DNA of 64,000 nt from Penicillus capitatus (lineage: Eukaryota; Plantae; Chlorophyta). The translations under genes and the position numbers were made by a program. A model generated the notes under the pieces. The model searched no databases, was not told the DNA's origin, and saw nothing but the letters and a program-made list of their open reading frames with translations. Location: NCBI GenBank assembly GCA_965649825.1, contig OZ287701.1:919101-983100 (forward strand). Reading direction: 5' to 3'. Each line of letters begins with the position of its first letter. Position 1 is the first letter of the stretch. Positions 9,668 through 21,670 of the stretch are shown one piece after another.

Positions 9668-11257
9668 ATTCTGTCCGACCCCGCGTGTCTGCGTCGTGAT
9701 GTGACGGGCTATTCGGTCCTGACCCTTCGGCTTCATCATTAATCTGTCCAGCCAGGACCACACACTCGGTCTTCTTTCTTGTACAAACGGCCCTTGAGCG
9801 AGAAACTTCTCTCTAGTAAACTATAAAACTGTCAAACATCGATTGCATGCGCATCTTGCCCGTCAAATCCTCGAGATCGACTGAGAGACAGTGGACAAAG
9901 GAACTAGATGGACATTTTTACATCGCCGAGCAACATCCCATCCAGGAAAAGAAAAGACAGACAGAAACTGGATGTCGCATCGGATTCACGAACAACAGCT
10001 TTACTCAGGCAGACGCTGAGCCGCAGGCCGAGTCTTCGCGTGAAGACTTCCTTCAGATGGATGCGTCTGATTTTGTGAGAACAGACTTTACCTCTCCGAA
10101 AGTCTGTTCTCGTCCTTTGTGTGCGTTCTTGCTTTCAGTTGATGTCCAAGGACGCAGACATGGGTGGAAACCCGATAAAATGAAGAACAGATGTCGCGCC
10201 TTGCAGTCGGAGAGGATTGTTTTCTGTTGCCGTGTCACGCCGCAGTCTTGTCGGCTAGAAACAAACGCATCTGGGCAGGAGTCTCCCGAGTCGAATTCGA
10301 TCGTCGACGTCGTCATGACCACGTGCCGTTCCAGCACTTTCGAACAGTGTACATGGCCGCATTATGAAAATGTGATTCTGATTTTCGTAGGCGTTAACGC
10401 AAAGAAAGGGTTTATGCGTGTATCGCCCTTAACTTCGCGCGTTCTCCAACTTTTAGGACAGAAGTGATTTTCTTCCAAGCACCAAAGCGATAGAAGCCTT
10501 TGTGTCCTACAGCGAAGAAAGTATGTCGCCGCGAAGGTGCCGTTCGCCATCGGTGTTCTCAGCGCAGTTTCTGAGGTTGTTGGTTTTACTCAGCCAAGAT
10601 AAGCCTCCACGCGATACTATACGTGTGCAGAGACGTGAGCAGTCCAGCTCGCCATCGCAGATCCGATTTGACCATCTGATGTGCAGGTGACATAAGAACT
10701 GGACATGCAGCTGCCTCAGAAATGCGCATCAAGGCGGTCGACGAAGCACAAACGTCAGTGGCGCGGCCTCAAAACAGCCAGACGATCGTCTTCGACGTAG
10801 ACGTCATGAAACTGACAGAGTGCTTCGCATCGAAGACGTCGACGACGTCATCATTCGCGGCGGCCGTCGAGAGGACAGCGCTCTTGTGTCCTGGCATAGG
10901 GAACATGTTCTCCATCAGGTACACAGCTCCAGATGCCGCTGCAGCGCCGGCATTCGGTTTATCTGTCCCAGGAACTGTCGGAGGCCCACGATGGAGTCAC
11001 TGGCGTTCAGGGGGTGCCGCGGTAGCTTCAGCGCCATCGAGTCATGGGTTTCCCGTCGACCTCAGCCGTTGAACCGGGAGAGGTTATCCCTACGGCGGCG
11101 TCTTCCAGCGACCTTGAGGAGACCTGAGAGTCAGCAGGTAAAAACAGCGCCCGTGTGTATGCCAGCGATAGACTGATGATTAGGACACTCTATGGTTTTG
11201 ATGCGATGCGAATTCAGCCAGAACACCAAGAGTGGACTCAGTATCTCCGAATGGACT

Positions 11258-11566
11258 ATGAGGGGTGCGCCTTTTGAGCTCGACTGCGCGGTGTTCTTGA
11301 TCAAAACGCGGTTCGCAGACAACAGAGCCGTCAACGGAGGAGCTTTGGACGTCTAGAAAGCTGTTGTGAAGGCCGAGAGATGCGATTTCCGGAACGACGT
11401 TACGAGCATTATGGCAGGAGCCGTCCTCATAACAAAGAACCACGCTCAATGGGATCGAGTCGTTGTAGTGGAAGGGAACGCGACCTTCAGATTCTGCCGC
11501 ACTGCTGAGAATCGCGTTGACCACGAGGAAGGAGGCATTTTCGTGAAGGGACGTGCGGAAAGGTAG
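11258..11566 (+). pseudogene. Degenerate fragment resembling polymorphic-membrane-protein / pectin-lyase beta-helix repeats
   Basis: Reads FADNRAVNGGAL*, FRNDVTSIMAGAVLI, GNATF and GGIFVKG (FxxN/GGAI-like motifs), with an in-frame TAG at 11354. Confidence 0.35.
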
Positions 11567-12170
11567 GCATGGAAAGACGTCTGGGTTAGCCTGACGTCGT
11601 CCGTCAGTGACGATGATCTGGAAGGAACACGAACCGAATCCCGATGCGAAGCCGGGACCCGATTTCAAAGCCATGAACAAACGGGCGACGATCAGGTAGG
11701 CAGAGACTCCGTGGTTCGGCGAGATGGAGAATTTCGCAGCGGCGTCGCGGACGCGAAGGGGATGCGTGCCTTTCGTTCAGAGCATCCTATGACGGTGACG
11801 CGAGGCGTTCGTCGAGAGAGACCGTCTTCCGGAACCCACCTCGACGACCGCACCTCTGGCATGCAGAGCAGTTATCGCTCGGCAGAGAAGATCCGCAATT
11901 TCGGGTGGGTGCGGATGGCGGCGCACACATCCGATACAGTGCATGAGTCTGTCTGTTAGTGAGAAGGAACCCAAGATACGGCAGTTGATTCAAGGCGCCT
12001 TTCAATGCGAATGGATCCGTGAGGCGCAGCAGAAGGATCGTGAGCAGCGGAATCTCAGGATGAAGCGCCTGGCCTCTTCGACCAAGGCTAGTGAAGGACA
12101 CGCTCGAAGAGCTGAACACTTTGCAGAGGTACGCGTCCGGCTCTCCGTCCGGAAGAAGCGTCCAGTCGAC
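11545..12170 (+). pseudogene. CFAP77: Truncated duplicate of CFAP77 (middle exons only)
   Basis: Near-identical reverse complement of ~57818-58425. It lacks the first exons and the last exon. Confidence 0.85.
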
Positions 12171-12263
12171 ATTGTCCGCACATCAGACATCTTTTCTGGC
12201 TCCATTCAATTTGCCTGGATGAAACCATCTGAAACCATCTATGCAACTTGATCAACCAGGGAC

Positions 12264-12332
12264 ACGTCGTCACTACGTCTGCAGCGAAACGCGTACTTTT
12301 ACGTAATCTTTACGTTTTGCTGGTGTATAAAA
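12264..12332 (+). promoter_or_regulatory. Putative AKR A3 promoter: four ACGT cores plus TATAAAA (12326-12332)
   Basis: The TATA box lies ~50 nt before ATG 12380. The TATA and all four ACGT cores are conserved in the A8 promoter (~55084-55155, - strand) despite nearby substitutions. Confidence 0.5.
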
Positions 12333-12379
12333 TCCGAAGGCGCAAACGCGTTGACGCGGTTTGAACAAGAGTGGTCAGT

Positions 12380-13581
<1,202 letters not shown>

Positions 13582-14517
13582 CGCCTTGTAGTGTTGTCAC
13601 CTGTCGTTTGAATACCTCTGCAGAACAGTGTTCGATTTATCGGTTTCCTGTGCCTGCAGTTTTTTTCTTTCGAAATCATTAGCCTCAATCGTCGATTAAA
13701 CGACAGACATTGTCTGTAAAGATGGCATTGTTCGTTTGTTCGTTTATCATCCGAAGGTGAAATTTTTCGCGTTAGACGTCGAGCGGTCGACGTCGCGTCG
13801 TTGGACGACGACTCGAAACGAGTTTTGCCGGTTGCTGAGCTTGTATTCCTTCTCAGCACCATGACGACGGGACTGGTCATAAGAGCGTCTTAATTCTACT
13901 TTGTTGCTCGCAATCCAGCATCATCTGCATGCCTCGCGGGTGGCGTTTGTGAAGCAAATCGTGATTACGGTACCCATCAAAGAAAAAATGACACAAGATA
14001 AGAAGCTTTAGTTGAAAATACTTGATAATCGGTAAGAGCTCAATGCAGAGAGGTGATGTGGATGCAAGATCACACTATTGCGAGGCAGAGGCAGGAATTT
14101 GACGTTTACCTTCATGAGAACGGATGAAGATTCGAAGGAACCGGAAATACTGAGTGATCGCGTCGGTCAATACCACTAATGGTCTTCTTCAATGTCGGTG
14201 CCCGTGGTGTGCAATTAACAAACTGTAGGATTTCAGACGACTACAGTTTGCAACACTGATGGGTCAGTTTCTGGTTTTAGCTTTAATGTTGTGACAACAT
14301 ACTTTGCCTTTCTCGAAAGTTGCATATACGACTGGAATTTACTCTCCTAATAGGATACGTCAAATCAATCGACTCACTCGCATTTAGCGTCAATGACAAC
14401 GTCGGACGCATCTTTCTCTACTGCGAACTTTGTCGCGAACTCTTTCGACGGGAAGTGGATTTGTCTGTTACGCTGAACAAAAGGCGTAGACGCTTGTCCT
14501 GCAGACCACAAGCGAAC

Positions 14518-17500
14518 ATGCAAGCCCGAGCTCCTGACGAAGGACCCAGCGGCGTTAGGTCTTCTGCGTCGGAAACGTGTGGTCAGCTCATACCCCAAGA
14601 CGTACAGACCAATCAACGTTACGACCCAATCCTTCTGCGTGCTGTCGTGGGGAAGTACAACATACACAACACCAAGTCGTTGGTCGCGGCTTACAACAAG
14701 ACTACGGACAAAGAAGAACGTGATGTCCTCCTTGGATGGCTGCGCAAGTATCAAGAACGAAGGGAGGATTGTCTCACGCAGAAGGCTGTCCTCGAGTATG
14801 CAGAACTAGTCAACATTGCCCCAAGATCCATAAGCGAAGAAGGTCTTATAAAGGATTTGATCAGCGACCTTTGTTCCTGTATCCCCGAGGGAGAATTCCT
14901 TCCACCGAGCTTCGCCACCGTCCTCTACAGGGCACTCGTGCACGTCGATCCGTCAGTGTACGGCGGCGTTGCGGAGCTGGCTGTCGTGGCAAAGAAGCTC
15001 TTGGGCAGTCTATCAGCGAGACCGAAACTTGAAAGAGAGAACTTCTCGGTCCACAAAGGGACCTTTCTTGCACTTCAGCAAACCCTTTTCTTGTTTCTTA
15101 AAAGTAACCAAAGCGAAATCGACGAAGAAGAAAAGCGAGAGCTTCGTCAAACCATTGCGGCGAAGGAGAGAGCTTTGGAGCCATCGTGCAACTACTACCC
15201 CGTGAAGTTTCGCTTTCAAGTTCTTCGTCAAGCGGTTGAACGCCTCGAGGCTAGAGATACTTCACGTATTGCAGAAGTTTTTTTGATTACTGGTGGATTC
15301 TGTGGATCCGCGCACGTTTTACACTCTCTCCTGATGCTGGCATGCATTGAAATTTGTCCTGAGGCAGTTCAGCGTGCATTCAGAAAGGCTCGAGTTGCTG
15401 TCGAAGACATGGGAGTGTTGAAGAGACCGTGGTTCAACTCGTTTCATAATCTAATGGCAGCAAAGCTAGAAGCCGCAAAGGATGAAACGAAGCTTGGCAT
15501 CTTTAGGTCTGTGTGCAGTACCACAATAGAAAATCAACGAAGGATGAAGAACAGAGAAGAGTTAAAAGCGCTGAGATTTGGAATCATTGATGCGTTGGGT
15601 ATGCTGGCAATCGAAGGCTCATCGGAACGCACTCGCAGAGAAGCTACAATAAGGCTGTCGAATCTGGCAGCGCAACAAGCAATCGGCGAAGGATGGATTG
15701 ATGATGATGACATATTGATCGCACTACTGGATGTCATACACGAGGTGCATAAGACCGGCCAATATAACGAGACGACTAAAGAAGCACTCCTAGCCGTGCA
15801 TCGATACTGCGGAGGTTTTGCCAGAGGCGCGATGATAGCATGGTTGGACGGAAAAACCATGGAAGAGAAGCTTCGAGCTGGAAGCTCGCCAGCAATTCAG
15901 CCAGAACGCAAAGAGTTGTTCATTAAGACTCGCAAAGATGTTGGATACACTCCATTAACTGGAGAACTTTTTAGACAAGCATACCTGCGAGACGATTTCG
16001 CAACGGTAATGTCCCGCGAAAATGAACTTCCAGTGGATGACTGTTTTGTTTCTGAAGGTGGTTTCTTTGCTCGACGAAGGATCGAGCAGAGACGTCAAGG
16101 ACATGAAGTACCACGTCGTCATGTACGACGAAATCATAGGAGAACGAGACACCAGATCGAGAGATAGACCAAAAGGAGTTATCCAGAGGGCGGAAGATGT
16201 GAAAGGCGAGTCTTCATATCGTGGAAGAGATCAGGCGCAGGAACATTGTGAAAAGACAAGAGTCGCAAAATCCATTCTTCTGGAAGATTTGTTTAAGCGA
16301 AGATCTCTCGAATCAGGGGATCCAGAAAGCGAAGTTCGAAGGGTGCTCCTCTATGGAAACCCTGGATCCGGAAAAACATGCATCGCAAGAGTCATTGCAT
16401 ATAATTGGGCACTGGGAGAAATGGCACAAGACCTCGACGCTGTTTACGTAGTGCCAGTGAGAGTTCTCAGCAGTGCGGAGCACAGTGGACATAAGTGGAC
16501 AAGACTCGAGGAAGCTGTGTCAGAGATATGCTTCTCTGAAAGCCAGCAGCACAACGTCGACTACAAAGTCCTAGTCGCTCAGGTGAAACGCGATCTCGAC
16601 GACCCTTCCACACTGCTCATGCTTGATGGACTGGATGAGGCGAATGATCATGCAATGGAGCTCTTGTCTACCATATGGGAGCGATCCTGTAAGGTGCTGT
16701 TTCTTTCTCGTCCGTACAACACGAGAGACGTGGAGATACGCGTCGACGTTCTGGTGGAGTGCCTCGGATTCAATGATGAGCAACTGCGAGACTACATAGA
16801 GAGCGAATTGCCTGAAGAAGAAGCTCGGAGGCTCATCCGTTTCATCGAAGACTCCGATGCCTTGTGGGAGATGGCACACGTTCCAGCAACGGCAAACGTT
16901 CTCTGTTCCTTATCGAAGAAGCACGGCACTGCGATTGAAGAACGAGGAAAGGGAGCAAGCCTGTTCCAATTGTGCAACGAGATAACGAACTTTACCTGGA
17001 AAAGGTTCAAAGAGAAGCCGACGGCAAGAAAAATACAGAAAATGGAACTCTTTCAGAATCTGGAAAGAATTGCTTTCGAATCGCTTCGCAATGGACTAGT
17101 TCTTATCGACGAAACGTTTGTTACGCAACACACAGCGTCGAGAAATGCAGCTAGAAAGTTGAAAGAAAGCGGACTCCTCTTGCCTGTTTTGGAGGACCAA
17201 GCGTATAGGTTCCCTCAACTAACTTTCCAGAAGTATTTTGCTGGAAGACACATTGCAAAGAATTTACAAAGAAAAGGATTAGACGGGAAAAAAGTAGTGG
17301 CGTTCATTCGAGAAGAAAAATACAACGAGAAGCATGCTGTGACACTTTCATTCGGTATGCACGCATTTGCAGAAAGACGAGGAAAAGATGCGCTGCAAGA
17401 AATGCTCTCGATTGTCGACGAAGAACCTGTCGAAGTTTTCGGTATACAACACTTTTTTCTGAAGATGCGAGTCCTCAATGCAACCTTGGAAGAGACACAC

Positions 17501-20500
17501 GAAGATGATTTGAAAGAACTTTTACAAGACAAACGCGCAACGAAGCTCGCCGAAAGCGCTCGTCTGCTGCTCGAGCGCACTATCGACGATGCCGAAATTC
17601 GTAGAATCATTGTCCAAGAGTTCCAACAACTGTCTCGCGTTTTGAAGAAATTTCCTCAAGTTCTCGACAAAACTATCGAAGAAGTTAGGAAGACGCTGGC
17701 ATGCGTGCATAACTTGACACACAGAGAGTTGAACAAAGTCGCAGATGTCTTAAAGCTTACAAATCATTGTGTGAAGCAAAGCAGCACAATAATCAAATCC
17801 GTACTGGAAAAAGTTGACGAACCTGTTAGTTCGTGCATGACAAAGGAGTGCATCAGAAGATTGAATTCTATTGCCAAACAATTGCCTCATCACGCCGGCA
17901 AGTTTCTGCCAAAGCTGGCTGAGAAGTGCGGCGATGGAGACAGGGCCGTGCGTCGAGACGCGATGATGGCGCTCAGCAGTATGATCGCAGCGGCGCCCCA
18001 TCACGCTGGCGAGTTTCTGCCGAAGCTGGCTGAGAAGTGCGGCGATGGAGACAGGGCCGTGCGTCGAGACGCGATGATGGCGCTCAGCAGTGTGATCGCA
18101 GCGGCGCCCCATCACGCTGGCGAGTTTCTGTCAACGCTGGCTGAGAAGTGCGGAGATGGAGACTCGGCCGTACGTCAAGCGTCGATGACGGCGCTCAGCT
18201 GTGTCGTCGCGGTGGAGCCTCAACACGCCGTCAAGGTCCTACCGGCACTGGCCGAAGGGTTTGGCGACGGAAACTCGGCCTTGCGTGAAGCAGCAATGTC
18301 AGCGATTGGAAGTGTCGTCTCAGCGGCGCCTCAACACGCCGACAAAGTCATGCCGAAGCTGGATGAGAAGTGCGACGATGTAGACTGGGCCGTGCGTCGA
18401 GACGCGATGATGGCTCTCAGTAGTGTCGTCTCGGCGGCGCCTCAACACGCCGCCGAGTTTCTGCCAATGCTGGCTAAGGGGTGCACCGACGGAGACTGGC
18501 ACGTTCGTGAAGCAGCGATGATGGCAATTTCCAGTATCGTCGCGGCGGCACCTCGACACGGCGTTGAATTTCAGCCGATACTCGCTGAGGGGTGTGACGA
18601 CAAAAACTGGCGTGTGCGTCAAGCGACGACGACGGCAATTGGTAGTGTCGTTACGGCGGCTCCTCAATACACCGGCAAGTTTCTGTCGCCGCTGGCGGAG
18701 CGGTGTACCGATGAACACTGGCACGTACGTCACGAAGCGATGACGGCGATCGGCTGTATTGTCGCGGCGGCTCCTCGACACGTCGGAAAGTCTCTAACGA
18801 CGCTAGTAGAAGGGTGCACCGACGGAGACCCATCCGTGCGTGAAGCATCGATGACAGCGATCAGCAGTGTCGTCGCAGTGGAGCCTCAACACGTCGGCGA
18901 GTTTCTGCCGACGCTGACTAAAAGATGTGGCGACGAAGACTCTGCTGTGCGTCGAGCAGCGATTTCGGCGATTGGCACGATCGTCCGGGCGGCGCCTCAA
19001 TACGCCGAAGATTTTCAGTCGACGCTGGATAAAGGGTGCAGCGACGGAGACTGGCACGTCCGTGAAGCCTCATTGTCGGCAATCGGCAGTGTAGTCACAG
19101 CGGCGTCTCAACAGGCAGCAAAGTTTCTGTCGACGTTGACTAATGGGTGCGGCGACGGGGACCCGTCCGTACGTCGAGCTGCGATGACGGCTATCAGCAG
19201 TGTTATCGCAGCGGCGCCTCAACACGCTGGTGAGTTTCTGCCGAAGTTGGCTACTGGGTGCGGCGACGAGGACCCGTCCGTACGTCGAGCTGCGATGACG
19301 GCTATCAACAGTGTTATCGCAGCGGCGCCTCAACACGCTGGTGAGTTTCTGTCGACGCTGGCTATGTGGAGCGGCGACGGAGATTGGCACGTACGTGAAG
19401 CAGCGATTGTGGCGCTCAGCAGTGTGATCGCAGCAGCGCCCTGTCACGCTGGTGAGTTTCTGCCGAAACTAGCCGAGGGGTGCAGCGACGGATACCCGTC
19501 CGTACGTCGAGCAGCGATGACAGCGATTGGCAGTGTGATCACAGCGGTGCCTCAACACACCGGCAAGGTCCTTCCAGCGCTGGCCGAGGGGTTTGGCGAT
19601 GGAGACTCGGCCATACGTGAAGTAGCAATGTCAGCAATTGGAAGTGTCGTCGCAGCGGCACCTCAACATGCCGACAAAGTCCTGCCGGCGATGGCAAAGT
19701 GGTGCGGCGACGGAGACTCGGCCTTGCGGGAAGCAACAACGTCAGCAATTGGATGTATCGTCGCAGCGGCGCCTCAATACGCCGGTGAGTTTCTGCCAAT
19801 GCTGGCTAAGCGATGCGGCGACGAGGACCCGTCCGTACGTCGAGCAGCGCTGACAGCGATCAGCAGTGTGCTCGCAGCGGCGCCCCATCACGCCGGAGAG
19901 TTTCTGCCAACGCTGGCTAAGGGGTGCGGCGACGGATACCCTTCCGTGAGGCACGCAGCAATAACGGTGATTAGCCGTGTTGTCGCTGCGGCTCCTCAAT
20001 ACTCCGGAGAGTTTCAATCGACGCTGGCTAAGGGGTGCGGCGATGGAGACTCGGTCGTGCGTGAAGCAGCGATGTCGGCGATTGCCAGTGTCGTCGCGTC
20101 GGCGCCGCAACAAGCCGGCGAGTTTCTGTCAATTCTAGCTAGGGGGTGCGGCGACGTAAAATGGCACGTCCGTCATGCGGCGATGTCGGCGATCAGCAGT
20201 ACCGTCGCGGCGGCGCCTCGACATGTCCGCGAGTTTCTGTCGACTCTGGTCAGAGCATGTGACATCGGAAACCATGCCGAACGTCAAGCTGCGATGGCGG
20301 CGATCGGCAGTGTCGTCGCGGTGGAGCCTCACTACGCCGGTGAGTTTCTGCCGACGCTGGTTAAAGGGTGCGTCGACGGATACCCGTCCGTGCGTCGAGC
20401 AGCGATATCGGCGATTGGCAGTGTCGTCGCGGCGGCGCCTCAACACGCCAGACAGTTTCAACCGACGCTGGGTAAGGGTTGCGGCGACGGAGACTCGGCT

Positions 20501-21670
20501 GTACGTGAAGCAGCGATGACGGCGATCGGCAGTGTCGTCGCGGCGGTGCCTCAACACGCCGACAAGTTTCTGCCGACGCTGGCTAATGGGTGTAGAGACG
20601 GATTCCCGTCTGTACGTCGAGCAGCGATTTCGGCGATTGGCAGTGTCGTCGCGGATACGTCACACATCCTGAATGAACTATTGCAATTATTGGAGACAGG
20701 ATACAAAGACAAAGACTTCTTTGTGCGTCAGAATGCGATAGAGAACGTCGGCAAAGCTTTCAAAGAGAGACAAGATCTCGCTAGCCAGTTGCTACCGATT
20801 CTGGAGAGTGGATGTAACGACCAAGACTTCTTTGTGCGCCAAAGTGCAATAGAAGCTGTCTGCAAAGCCATCATCGTTGCGCCAAACTTTGCAGGCGGAT
20901 TGCTGAAGCTTCTTGACGAAGAGTGCATTGACGAGGTCTATTTTGTGCGTTGGAGTGCAATGGAAGCCGTGGGCAAGGCCGTAGAAGCAACGTCACATCT
21001 GACGGATAGAAGTCTGTCGATACTTGAGCAAGGCAGCAGCGACAAAGATTTCTTTGTCCGTCTTAAAGCAATAGAGACTGCTGGTTTGGCAGTTGAGGCA
21101 GCACCGCAATTCGCAGGTGAACTCATGCCAATACTCGAGAGAGGGTCCGAGGACGAACACAGTGATGTTCGTGCTAATGCGTTAAAGGCCTTAGAGGCAG
21201 TGCCGCAGTTCGTTTGCCAACTCGTGTCGATGCTCGAGAGAGGGTGCGTCGACGAAGACAACGACGTACGTTTGAATGCGCTAAGGGCCACAGGAACAGT
21301 CGTTAAAACGGCTCTACACCTCTCGAGCAAACTGTTGCCAATGCTTCAGACACGGTGCAACGACGAACAGTCCTTCCCCATTCGGCGAAGTGTAGGAACA
21401 ATGGCAAATGAATCAAGACTTAATTGGATTACTCCTCTATCGAGTATCACTGCTCTAAAGAACAAGCTCTTGCTCATTTTTGTTCAGAACTCGTTTACAC
21501 TGGATCCAACTACGGAAGAAGAGAAAGTTTCTCTTGTGCTGCATGCACTGTCATCGCATGAGATTGGGAACTGGGAAGGGGAAGCTCTCAACAAGCATCT
21601 TGAGCAGTTGACAGAAGATTTCGAAGAGAAGTTTCCAGGCTTGTTGGAGAACCTTGTGATGCACGAATAA
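14518..21670 (+). CDS. NLR-like STAND protein N1 (~2366 aa): unknown helical N-terminal domain, NACHT NTPase, ~31 HEAT repeats. Exons 14518-16005 and 16058-21670.
   Basis: A 52-nt phase-0 GT-AG intron joins the two long ORFs. Walker A GNPGSGKT, Walker B LLMLDGLDE, sensor-1 LSRPY, CLGF, and winged-helix motif FPQLTFQKYFA. Repeats have the HEAT signature L...C.D....VR..A..AI. Confidence 0.92.
17885..21350 (+). repeat. Coding tandem array of 111-bp (37-aa) HEAT units in N1: ~25 highly similar units followed by ~6 older units
   Basis: Unit starts at 17885, 17996, 18107 and onward. Consensus PQHAGEFLPTLAKGCGDGDxxVRxAAMxAIGSVVAAA. Confidence 0.95.

Noticed and set aside
9847-11176. Several 100-200-aa ORFs between A2 and the duplication breakpoint
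   Set aside because: No recognisable motifs or consistent exon chain. They may be gene remnants, but this cannot be supported.
14320-14517. Longer N1 N-terminus from the TTG/GTG starts in the ORF track (likewise 52160 for N2)
   Set aside because: These are non-ATG starts, and the segment corresponds to a GT-AG intron in N2. ATG 14518/52097 is the shared start.
18320-20557. Antisense ORFs with repeating RRRRDDTADRRHRCFT motifs
   Set aside because: They are shadows of the HEAT repeat coding strand.
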